Shown: positions 50,135 through 60,200 of the stretch, one piece after another
How the letters are laid out: each line of letters opens with the position of its first letter
Numbering within the stretch: the stretch's first letter is position 1
Assembly (NCBI GenBank): GCA_944388795.1
Contig: CALXKD010000005.1
Location: 4,863 to 68,862 of the forward strand
Direction of reading: 5' to 3'
DNA: 64,000 nucleotides
From: an uncultured Clostridia bacterium
GTDB lineage: Bacteria; Bacillota; Clostridia; TANB77; CAG-508
Notes under the pieces: generated by a model
What the model was told of the DNA's origin: nothing
What the model saw: the letters and a program-made list of their open reading frames with translations, nothing else
Databases searched by the model: none
Translations under genes and position numbers: made by a program

Positions 50135-50168
50135 AAAATCATTTCTAAATAGGAATGATTTTTTTTAT
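50135..50168 (+). terminator. probable terminator after B2
   Basis: 9-bp stem aaaatcatt (50135-50143) / aatgatttt (50154-50162), then a T run. Confidence 0.5.
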
Positions 50169-50366
50169 TGTATTGCATTTTTTGACATTCTGTAATAAAA
50201 TAAAAAGCATAAAAAACCAAAAAAAGGAATATAAAAAAATATAAAAATAGAAAATGATTAAATCTGTAAAAAACTTCTTAGGAGTTTTTTACTAAAAAAG
50301 ACAAAAACCACAAAAGACAAGTAGTAAAATATAGCTGATATATTAGGAAAAAGGTGGTATGTAAAT

Positions 50367-52787
50367 ATGTTTCAAAATATAAATGAATATGCTGTACAAG
50401 ATAGAAAAAAGGAACGTGTAAATAAATGGTCAGACATATTGCAGAAAAATAACATCATTATGTATATTCTATCTTTTATGTTAGCTTTAGTAGGGATAGG
50501 TGGAGATTTTTCACTATTTAGTATCAGTATATTAGGAGCATGTTTTTCATCTTCAGTACCTCTTTTAGGAATTGTTGCTATGACATTAATAGGTAATGTT
50601 ATTAAGTTTGGAGTAAGTGGAGGATTAGAGTATTTTTTAACAAGTCTAATTTTCTTTATTAGCATATTTATTTTTAAACCTAAGTATAATGAAGAGGAAC
50701 GAAATGAAAAAATAAAAGTAGGAAAAAATATATTTATTTCAGTTTTTATCATTCAAATAGTGAAGGCAATATTTTCTACTTTTACAGTGTATGATGTATT
50801 ATTAAGTATTATATATGGTATTATTGGAGTTGCTTTTTATAAAGTATTTGCAAATTCTATATCTGTTATTGAAAATTTTGGACAGAAAAAAGCTTTTTCA
50901 ATAGAAGAAGTTATAGGGACAAGCCTTCTACTTGCGATAGCCGTAAGTGCTTTTGCAGATGTAACCATATTAGGTTTTTCAATAAGAAATATATTTAGTA
51001 TATTAATTGTATTGATATTAGGCTGGAAAAATGGTGTATTAGTAGGTGCTACATCAGGTGTAACAATAGGAGTTACATTAGGAATTATAACAGGTGGAGA
51101 GCCAATTATTATTGCAGCATATGCCATTTCTGGAATGGTAGCTGGTATATTAAATCGATTTGGAAAAATGGGGGTTATTGTAGGATTTTGTATAGGAAAT
51201 GTTATTTTAGCTTACGCATCTAATGGATACACAGTAGAATTAATTTATTTTAAAGAAATTTTATTGGCTTCTATTATCTTATTAGCAATTCCTAAAAATA
51301 TTAATATTGATATAGAGGAATTTGTTGGAAATTCAAAGTTTTTACCAATATCAAGAGAAAGAAGCTTAACAAGAGAAAAAGAAACTGTTGAAAAATTAAA
51401 TCATGTTTCAGAAACGATAAAGAAAATTGCAAATTCCTATGCAAAAGAACAACAAAAAGAAACATTTTCAGCTGAGGAAAAAGAAGAAAATAAACAAATA
51501 TTTATTAATGAACTATTAAATAATATAGAGCCATATAAAGAAAATCTACTATATGAAGATATTGCAAATGTTGATGGAAAGATTGTAGATGAAATATTTA
51601 ATGTATTGCTAGAAAAACAAGAAATAGAAAGAGAAGATTTATTAAAAATCTTTGCAGATTGTAATAGCTATATTGTAGGATTTGATGATAAAGAAGTTAG
51701 TCATTATTTAGAAGAAAATATTTTACAGATTTTAAGAATTATCAATATTTCATATAAAGTAAGCAAAAATAATTTTGTATGGCAAAAGAAATTAGAAGAA
51801 AATAAAAAGAATATGGAAACACAATTAAATGGTGTTTCAAAAGTCATTTCTGGAATAGCTAAAGATATTGAAAAAGAATCTATAGAAGAAAAAAGTTATA
51901 CAAAACAAGAAATTGAGATAATTGAGTTATTAAAACAAAAAGAAATAGAAGTGGAAGAGGTTTCTATTAGCAGAAAAGATAGATATGTAGTTAAGATATA
52001 TACAAAAAGAATAGCAGATAATAGGATGATAGAAACCATATTAACAAAAGTATTAAAAGAAAAAATCATACTAAATGAAGAAAATTCTACACAAACCAAT
52101 TTAATATATATATCTGATGATAAATATGTTATGGGATTTGCTACAGCAGATTCAAGCAAAAATCAAAGTGAAGTTTCAGGTGATAACTTTATAAATACCA
52201 GATTGAAGGATGGAAAATATTTAATTGCTTTAAGTGATGGTATGGGAACAGGTAGAAAAGCTAATGAAAGTAGTATGCAAGCTTTAGCAATGCTTCAAAA
52301 CTTGTTGGCATCTGGATTTGATAAAAATACATCTATAGAATTAATTACATCTAGTTTAATTAGTAAAAGTGAAGAAATATTTGCAACTTTGGATGTAGCA
52401 ATTTTAGATTTATATAAAGGAACAATAGAATTTATAAAAAGTGGTGCATGTCCAACATATATTAAGAAAAATAAGAGAGTTCAAATTATAAAATCAAATT
52501 CATTACCAGCAGGAATGATTAATCAAGACAATATTCAAATTTTTGATACAGATATACAAAATGAGCAAATTATGCTAATGTGTACAGATGGTATTTTAGA
52601 TTCTAATATAGAATACAAAAATAAAGAATTATGGATAAAATATTTATTAGAGGATATAGAAACAAAAAATACCAAAAAAATAGCAGATATTATATTAAAT
52701 GAAGCAATTGATAATAATTTTGGTAAAACAAAAGATGATATGAGTGTCATCGTATGTAAATTTATGCAAAAGGATATGGAAAATTAG
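50367..52787 (+). CDS. spoIIE: stage II sporulation protein E (PP2C phosphatase)
   Basis: About 10 N-terminal TM helices, a central regulatory region, and a C-terminal PP2C domain (SGDNF...LSDGMGTGRKANESS...DDMSVIV); 806 aa. Confidence 0.9.
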   Translation: MFQNINEYAVQDRKKERVNKWSDILQKNNIIMYILSFMLALVGIGGDFSLFSISILGACFSSSVPLLGIVAMTLIGNVIKFGVSGGLEYFLTSLIFFISIFIFKPKYNEEERNEKIKVGKNIFISVFIIQIVKAIFSTFTVYDVLLSIIYGIIGVAFYKVFANSISVIENFGQKKAFSIEEVIGTSLLLAIAVSAFADVTILGFSIRNIFSILIVLILGWKNGVLVGATSGVTIGVTLGIITGGEPIIIAAYAISGMVAGILNRFGKMGVIVGFCIGNVILAYASNGYTVELIYFKEILLASIILLAIPKNINIDIEEFVGNSKFLPISRERSLTREKETVEKLNHVSETIKKIANSYAKEQQKETFSAEEKEENKQIFINELLNNIEPYKENLLYEDIANVDGKIVDEIFNVLLEKQEIEREDLLKIFADCNSYIVGFDDKEVSHYLEENILQILRIINISYKVSKNNFVWQKKLEENKKNMETQLNGVSKVISGIAKDIEKESIEEKSYTKQEIEIIELLKQKEIEVEEVSISRKDRYVVKIYTKRIADNRMIETILTKVLKEKIILNEENSTQTNLIYISDDKYVMGFATADSSKNQSEVSGDNFINTRLKDGKYLIALSDGMGTGRKANESSMQALAMLQNLLASGFDKNTSIELITSSLISKSEEIFATLDVAILDLYKGTIEFIKSGACPTYIKKNKRVQIIKSNSLPAGMINQDNIQIFDTDIQNEQIMLMCTDGILDSNIEYKNKELWIKYLLEDIETKNTKKIADIILNEAIDNNFGKTKDDMSVIVCKFMQKDMEN

Positions 52788-52802
52788 GAGGAAAAAATTT
52801 CG

Positions 52803-54323
52803 ATGAGTAGAGGAAGAAGATATGAAGAACGAAAGCTAAATATGAAGAAAGTTTTTGCAGTGATATTAGCAATTGTTGTTATCATTATGTCAATATTTAT
52901 CATAAGAGGCATTTTCTCAAAAGAAGAAAAAACGGGAGGAATTACCAGTAAAACATATTTTGCAGCATTTAAGGATAACAAATGGGGTGTGATTGATGAA
53001 AATGGAGAAACAGTCATAGATCCATCTTATGAGGAAATGATTATTATTCCTGATAGCAAAACAGATATATTTCTTTGTACCTATGATGTGAATTATGATA
53101 CGGGAGAGTATAGTGCGAAAGCCTTAAATAGCAAAAATGAAGAGATATTTACAAACTATGATAAAATTGAAGCAATACCAAATTATGATGAAAATAACAA
53201 TTTATGGTATGAGGAAGATGTCTTAAAAGTACAAAAAGATGGAAAATGGGGAATGATAGATAATTCAGGAAAAGAACTTGTAAAGGCAGAATATGATAGT
53301 ATACAAGCTTTACAAGGAGTAAAAAATGCTTTTCTAATTCAAAAAGAGGGAAAATATGGTGTTGTAGATAATGAAGGAAGAAATATCCTAGATGCAAATT
53401 ATGCAGAGATTACAAACTTAGGAGAAACAAATAGAGATGGATATATCGTAAAAGATGATACTGGATTATACGGTATTGTGGATGCTTCTAAAAATGTTAT
53501 TTTAGAAAACCAATATCAAGAAATTGAAAAAGTATATGGAAATGATTTATATGTTGTATCACAAGATGGAAAACAAAAAGTCGTAAATGCTAATGGAGAA
53601 GATGTATTAGCAGAAGGATTTGATCAAATTGCGAAAATTCTAGAAACAAAAGACGCAGGTGTGATTTACATTTCAGGTGGAAAATATGGAATTATGACAC
53701 TTACAGGGGAAGTCAAAGTAGAGGCACAATATGATGATTTAAGTGAAGTAAAAGCAAATATTTTTGTAGCAACTAAAGGTGATAAGCAAGGAATTATTGA
53801 TATTGATAATAATGAGAAGGTTCCTTTTAATTATCAGACAATAACCTATAATGAAATTGGAGATATCTATGTGGCAGAAGATGAAAATTTTAATAGTCAA
53901 GTTATGAATAACCAATTTGAAGTGAAACAAACAGGAATATTAATAGAAATTAATACAGATGCAGGATATTTTGAATTAAGACAAAATGATGCATATAAAT
54001 ATTATAATTTTAGATTTGAAGAAAAAGATAAAAAAGAAATTTTAAGTAATCACACATTATATTTAGATAAAAAAGATAATCAATATGGATATATAGACAA
54101 AGATGGAAATGTTGTGGTAGAATATATGTATGATGATGCCACAGAACAAAATGAATATGGGTTTGCAGCAGTCAAAAAAGATGGAAAATGGGGAGCAATT
54201 AATAATAAAGGAGAGGTTGTACAAGAACCAATTTATAATTTAGATGATTATTTAATGATTGACTTCATAGGAAGGTGGCATTTAGGAAAAGATATCAATA
54301 TGAACTATTATAACCAAGAATAA
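52803..54323 (+). CDS. membrane-anchored WG/KWG-repeat protein
   Basis: N-terminal TM helix followed by many repeats of the KWGVIDENGE / KWGMIDNSGKELV / KYGVVDNEGRNIL type. Confidence 0.75.
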   Translation: MSRGRRYEERKLNMKKVFAVILAIVVIIMSIFIIRGIFSKEEKTGGITSKTYFAAFKDNKWGVIDENGETVIDPSYEEMIIIPDSKTDIFLCTYDVNYDTGEYSAKALNSKNEEIFTNYDKIEAIPNYDENNNLWYEEDVLKVQKDGKWGMIDNSGKELVKAEYDSIQALQGVKNAFLIQKEGKYGVVDNEGRNILDANYAEITNLGETNRDGYIVKDDTGLYGIVDASKNVILENQYQEIEKVYGNDLYVVSQDGKQKVVNANGEDVLAEGFDQIAKILETKDAGVIYISGGKYGIMTLTGEVKVEAQYDDLSEVKANIFVATKGDKQGIIDIDNNEKVPFNYQTITYNEIGDIYVAEDENFNSQVMNNQFEVKQTGILIEINTDAGYFELRQNDAYKYYNFRFEEKDKKEILSNHTLYLDKKDNQYGYIDKDGNVVVEYMYDDATEQNEYGFAAVKKDGKWGAINNKGEVVQEPIYNLDDYLMIDFIGRWHLGKDINMNYYNQE

Positions 54324-54345
54324 AATAATAAAAAAGGTGATAAAA

Positions 54346-55578
54346 ATGGAACTAAAGATAAACTATCAATATACATATTTCGTACATCCTTTTGTTGTAA
54401 AACAAAAGAAATATCAAAAATATATATTAAGATTACTAAAAGATGAAAATTGTAAGTTAAAAAGATTTGAAAAGGAAAAGGATTTAAGATTATATAAATA
54501 TTTTACACCTAAAATGCGAGATTTTCTTTTTTCAAGTTTTAGCTTTACAAATGCTAAATATACAAAGTTTAAAGAAATGCCAATAGAAACACAATCAGCT
54601 GTGCTTTCTAAATATCCTTGTACAATATTTGAATATACTGTAAAAAAAGATATACAAGGAAAAGCAGGAGATGGCAAAGGAATTTTCTTTAAAATAAAGA
54701 AAATTGAGCTAATTTGTTTTAATACAGGCATATGCTTTTTATGTATAAAAACTAATATAGAAGACGAGCCTACATTTTCAGATGTACTAAACTTTAATTA
54801 CAAATTTAGAGATATTCAGCAAGATAATAGAACATTAAATAATTATGATAAAATCAATATACAAACAGATAGTTTTGAAAGTATAGATAAGCTTACAGAT
54901 TTTATAAAAAGTATTACAGGTTCTAATATAGAAGCCATTAAATTAGATATCAATACAGAAAGATTTTTAACCTATTCTTATGTATGTATAGATCAATCAG
55001 CATGGAATCTAGAAAATAGTTTTGATAAAATAGAGCACCATTTTATTAAATTTGCAAGGATATTACCAGCAGATAATTCTGCAAGTTTAAGAGAGGATGA
55101 TATATTATCATTAGCAAAATGGAAATATACTAAAATGGGAATTACAAAACAAGGTGTAACTTTATTTACTTCTTCAACAGACATCAATAATTATACTATT
55201 TTACCAAATGAATTTGAACAACAATATTTATATACATATATTTATGAATTATATAAAAAGATATATTTAAAGAAATTGAGCTTGGCATTTAAGCATACAA
55301 CCAAAATAAAAAGTGTCAGAAAGGCATTTATTAGTTTTACCAAAAATATATGGATTCAAGAGGTAACTGAAGATGAGGCAGGAACTATATTTGATCACAA
55401 GATTAAAGAAATGTTAGGACTAGAGCAATTATATAATGAAGTAAAGACAGAATATGATGTTTTATATAAAGAGCTAAATATAGAGAAAAACAAAAATGTA
55501 ACTATTATTATTTCTATCATACTAATTGCATCTTTAATCTTTAATATATTGAATTTTATGCTGTTATCTAAAGGATAA
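54346..55578 (+). CDS. hypothetical protein with C-terminal TM helix
   Basis: Long ORF. ATG 54346 follows AAAGGTGA. C-terminal VTIIISIILIASLIFNILNFMLL. No family recognised. Confidence 0.55.
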   Translation: MELKINYQYTYFVHPFVVKQKKYQKYILRLLKDENCKLKRFEKEKDLRLYKYFTPKMRDFLFSSFSFTNAKYTKFKEMPIETQSAVLSKYPCTIFEYTVKKDIQGKAGDGKGIFFKIKKIELICFNTGICFLCIKTNIEDEPTFSDVLNFNYKFRDIQQDNRTLNNYDKINIQTDSFESIDKLTDFIKSITGSNIEAIKLDINTERFLTYSYVCIDQSAWNLENSFDKIEHHFIKFARILPADNSASLREDDILSLAKWKYTKMGITKQGVTLFTSSTDINNYTILPNEFEQQYLYTYIYELYKKIYLKKLSLAFKHTTKIKSVRKAFISFTKNIWIQEVTEDEAGTIFDHKIKEMLGLEQLYNEVKTEYDVLYKELNIEKNKNVTIIISIILIASLIFNILNFMLLSKG

Positions 55579-55644
55579 TATATAATCCATCTATAGAATA
55601 GAGAACAAATAAAATCAGATTTTACAAATGAAGATAAAGGAAAA

Positions 55645-55669
55645 GGGAAGAGAAATCTTCCCCATTTTA
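55645..55669 (+). terminator. probable terminator
   Basis: Stem gggaaga (55645-55651) / tcttccc (55656-55662), GAAA loop, then cATTTT. Confidence 0.5.
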
Positions 55670-55785
55670 GTATATATTACTAAATTAAAAGCTCATTATT
55701 TAAGAATAAGTAAAAAGTAAAAAATATAAAATTTAGAATAAAAATAAAAATTAAAAGTAAAAAATAGTAAGAAGGAAAGAAAAAC

Positions 55786-56160
55786 ATGAAAATAACTTGT
55801 GGAACAGATATTATAGAAATTAAAAGAATAAAAGAAAGTATAGAAGAATTAGGAGATAAATTCTTAGAAAGAGTATATACAGATAAAGAGATTGCATACT
55901 GTGAAAGTAAAAGAAATCAGAAATATCAGCATTATGCAGCTAGATTTGCGGCAAAAGAGGCAGGATTTAAAGCTATATCTAGTAAATTGGATAATAAATA
56001 TGATATTGGATGGAAAAATATAGAGATTATCAATGATAAAAATGGAAGACCACATATCAATTTTTTAGATATACAAATAAAGGAAATAGAGGAAATAGAC
56101 ATTAGTATATCACATTGTAAAGAATACGCTACAGCTAATGTTGTTACAATATGGAAATAG
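55786..56160 (+). CDS. acpS: holo-[acyl-carrier-protein] synthase
   Basis: GTDIIEIKRI...RFAAKEAGFKA...ISISHCKEYATA, 124 aa. Confidence 0.9.
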   Translation: MKITCGTDIIEIKRIKESIEELGDKFLERVYTDKEIAYCESKRNQKYQHYAARFAAKEAGFKAISSKLDNKYDIGWKNIEIINDKNGRPHINFLDIQIKEIEEIDISISHCKEYATANVVTIWK

Positions 56161-56201
56161 ACAAAATCGTTAGATAAAATATAGAGAAGGGAAAAGCAAA
56201 A

Positions 56202-56996
56202 ATGGAATTTTTAGATAGTCATTGTCACTTAGATGATGAGAGATTTGATGAGGATAGGGAGAAGCTAATCCAAGAAATTAAAAAAGCAGGTATTACAAGG
56301 TTTGTATCTGCTGGATATAGTGTAGAAGGTTCAAAAACAGGAATAGCATTATCTAAGAAATATGAATTTATCTATACAACTTGTGGGATTTCTCCAAATG
56401 ATATTCCACAAAATGAAGAAGAATTGTGGAAAAATATTGATAAGATAAGAGATTTGGTGAAAGAAAATATAGAGGATAAAAAAATTGTAGCTATCGGAGA
56501 GATTGGCTTAGATTATTATTGGGAAAAAGATTTACAACGAAGAGAATTACAAAGACAAGCCTTTATTAAACAAATTGAGATGGCAAATGTATTTGACTTA
56601 CCAATTGTAATACATACAAGAGAAGCCGTTATGGATACGATTGAAATTTTGAAAAATCATATCGTGAATAAAAAGGGTGTGTTTCATTGCTGTCCATTAA
56701 ATCGAGAATTGGTAAAAGAAGCTTTAAAATTAGGCTTCTATATTTCCTTTGCAGGACCAGTAACTTTTAAGAATTCTAAAAATGCCAATGAAATCATCCA
56801 GATGGTACCAAATGATAAGATGTTAATTGAAACAGATAGTCCATATTTAGCACCAGAGCCAGTAAGAGGAACAAGAAATGATCCAAGAAATGTAAAATAT
56901 ATAGCACAAAAAATAGCAGAAGTAAAAGGTATATCTTTAGAAGAGGTGGCTAAAATAACATATGAAAATGCAAAAGAAATTTTTAAGATGGTATAG
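56202..56996 (+). CDS. tatD: TatD-family metal-dependent hydrolase/DNase
   Basis: DSHCHLDD, GEIGLDYYW, VIHTREA and ETDSPYL motifs. Confidence 0.9.
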   Translation: MEFLDSHCHLDDERFDEDREKLIQEIKKAGITRFVSAGYSVEGSKTGIALSKKYEFIYTTCGISPNDIPQNEEELWKNIDKIRDLVKENIEDKKIVAIGEIGLDYYWEKDLQRRELQRQAFIKQIEMANVFDLPIVIHTREAVMDTIEILKNHIVNKKGVFHCCPLNRELVKEALKLGFYISFAGPVTFKNSKNANEIIQMVPNDKMLIETDSPYLAPEPVRGTRNDPRNVKYIAQKIAEVKGISLEEVAKITYENAKEIFKMV

Positions 56997-57028
56997 TTTA
57001 ATATATAATATAAGAATCAAAAAGCTAC

Positions 57029-57054
57029 GGATGTACGAGGTACATCCATTTTTG
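57029..57054 (+). terminator. rho-independent terminator after tatD
   Basis: 8-bp stem ggatgtac (57029-57036) / gtacatcc (57040-57047), then ATTTTTG. Confidence 0.6.
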
Positions 57055-57258
57055 TGCTTCAAATACATATACAAAAGCAAAAATTATGAACCTAGAAATA
57101 AAAATGTCATAAAAATTTAATATAAGATAAAATAATGCCATATAAATACTTCCGTAAGTATGTATAAAGTAAGATATAAACATGTAATTAGTTGATATTT
57201 ACATCCTCTAAGAGAATTTATATAATGAGATTAATGTACTATTAAAGGGGAGATTTAT

Positions 57259-60200
57259 ATGAAATATAAAATTTGTCTCGTATGCTTATTAGTTTTATTA
57301 ATTATATGTCAAAATTTCATTTTTACTTTTCACCAAGTTTTTGCATCAGATATAAAAGCCAATGGAGAAACAAATAATATGGAAACTGACAAGAATGAAG
57401 ATACAAGTTCTGACAAAACGGTTAATGATTTAAGTATAAATTTTAAAAATTTTGATAATGAAACGAATTCACCAGAAGTTGCATTAAATATGGATAAATC
57501 ACAAGAAAAGATAAAACAAGAGTATGAAAGCAAGATGGAAAATAAAGAAAAAATAAAGCAAATTAAAGAAAAAAATGAAACATCTACAAATGCACAACTA
57601 ATGGGATCTACGGCGCAAAACGAGCAAGCTCAAAATGTTACCATATCATTTAAAGATAAACATCTATTTTATGCTATGATAGATGAAATAGAAGAATTAT
57701 TGATAAGTTATGATGAAGAAACATATACCATTGTCATCAGCCAGGACAATTTAAATAGCATTGAAGACTTAAATTTAGGTTCTTATGGATGGGAATCAAT
57801 TGGTAACGGAGGATTCGACTGGCTTACTGCCTATATTAGCGATTTCTCAGGTATTGAAAAATTTGTTAATTTAAAAGAATTGACTATTGGAATTCCCAAT
57901 GAAGTAGAATATGTAGATTTTACACCTATAGAAACACTTAAAAACTTAGAAAGATTAGTGATAGGAAATAATCTTAATAGTGATTTTTATGGAATTTTTA
58001 ATATAAATCACCTTGCTAAAGTATTTCCAAATTTAAAAACCTTGTATATATATGGTATACATAACATAAATATAAATCATATAGAATGGCCAACAACGCT
58101 AGAAGAAATAAAAATAGCCGAATGTACATTTTTAGAACAACCGATTGTCGATTGGTCAGAGTTAAATCATCTAAAGTCTTTGTATATTCGTCAAACGAAT
58201 TTATGTACCATTCAAGACATTAAAATACCAAAAAACGTGGAGGAAATTCGTTTTGATTCTAATGAACTAGCAAATTTAGATAATGTAGATTTTGGAAATT
58301 GCTTAAGCTATATTGATTTAAATGACAATCAAATAGAAGATATTTCCAATGTTAAATTTCCTAATACTTTAGAAAAACTTCTTATTGGAAAAAATAAATT
58401 AAAATCTATTGATAGTTTGAAGGATAATACAAATTTAAAACTTTTATCAATAAGTGATAATTATATTGAAGATATAAGAGTAGTTGAAAATTTAACAAAT
58501 TTAACAGGATTGTATGCAGGTACATGGTATGCTGTACTATTCCCTGGAGTTATTTCTGGACAAATCATTGATAGGGGAAATGAGATAAAAAATATTAGTA
58601 ATATAAAATGGCCTGAAAGCTTGACTTTTCTAGATTTATCAGGTAATAAAATTACCAATATAGATAATATACATTTTCCAGAAAAATTAAATGAAATTCG
58701 CTTAAATAAAAATGAGATAGCAGAGATTAATAATTTTACAATTTTATCAAATTGGAGAACAATTAATTTAGAAAATAATGATATATCTAAGATAACAGGC
58801 TTAAAATTTGAACCTACTACGAAAACAAGATATTTACAATTATCATATAATCAAATTACGAATTTTGTAGGCGTTGATTGGACAAATTCTTTGATTGAGG
58901 AATTGGATATTGCACATAATAATTTAAGTACGTTAGAAAATCTACCAACTGACCTAGAAATACTAGTAGCAAATAATAATAAACTTTCAGATATTTCAAA
59001 TGTTAATTGGAATGCGTTACCAATTGATTCTCTAGATTTAGCATGCAATCAAATTGAAGTAGTTAACAATATAGAATGGAATAGTCATTTAAGATATTTA
59101 ATATTAAGTTATAATCATATTTCAGACATAAGTTCGTTGAGATTTACAAGTTCATTAGATGCATTAGAATTAGCAGGAAACAATATAAGTGATTTATCTG
59201 TTTTTTCAAATGAGGAGTCAAATGAATTGATAGGACTTAATTTAGCAAAAAATAACATAAGAAATATAACGCCATTAGAAAATGTAACAGATTTAAAAGA
59301 ATTGCTAATTGGAAGAAATCAAATTCAGGATTTTTCAGGATTAGAAAAGTTACAGAATTTAAGTAGTATAAATGCTGAGAGTCAATATTATCTATATGGA
59401 GAAAATATAAATGCAATTCCCAATATTTTAACAGAAGCTATGAAGGAAAGTAGTATAATAGCTACAAAAGATATTGAATATGATAACTGTGAATTAAAAG
59501 ATGGAAAAATAAATATAATTGATTCAAATCAAATAGCAACTATTATTTTTACATCAGGAAATGCAAAAGGAACAACTATATATTTTGATTTAAGTGGAAA
59601 ATTGCAAAATAATATATATAAAATTTCTACAAAAGAGGATTTATTAAAAATTTCGGAATTATCTCATAAAGGTGTGGGATTTTATGGAATAGAAATTCAA
59701 ATGGAAGCTTCAATAGATATGGGAGCATATTATGATATTGAGGAAGATACTTGGAAGGGTGATACTTGGAATCCAATTGGAACAAAAAGTGTACCATTTG
59801 AAGGGATTTTTGATGGAAATTTTAATACAATTAGTGGAATATTAACAGATGAGAATTATGCAGGAATATTTGGTGTTAGTGTAGGAACCATAAAGAGACT
59901 AGGTTCAAAAAATAGTCATATAGATGGTGATATTTCAGGTGGAATTGTAGGATATATGTATAATTTGGGAGAAGAAGAAAGAGGAATTATCCAAGATTGT
60001 TACAATGATAGCTATGTTGAAGGAAGCTCTTATGCAGGTGGAATAGTAGGAAAAGCAGAATGGATTCAAATATGTAATACATATAATACAGGAATGATTG
60101 TTGGTAGTGATGTAGCAGCTGGAATAGTAGGAAGTTGGACAGATAGTACGTATCGTTATGGAAATATAGTATTATATAATGTATATAATGCGGGAAAAAT

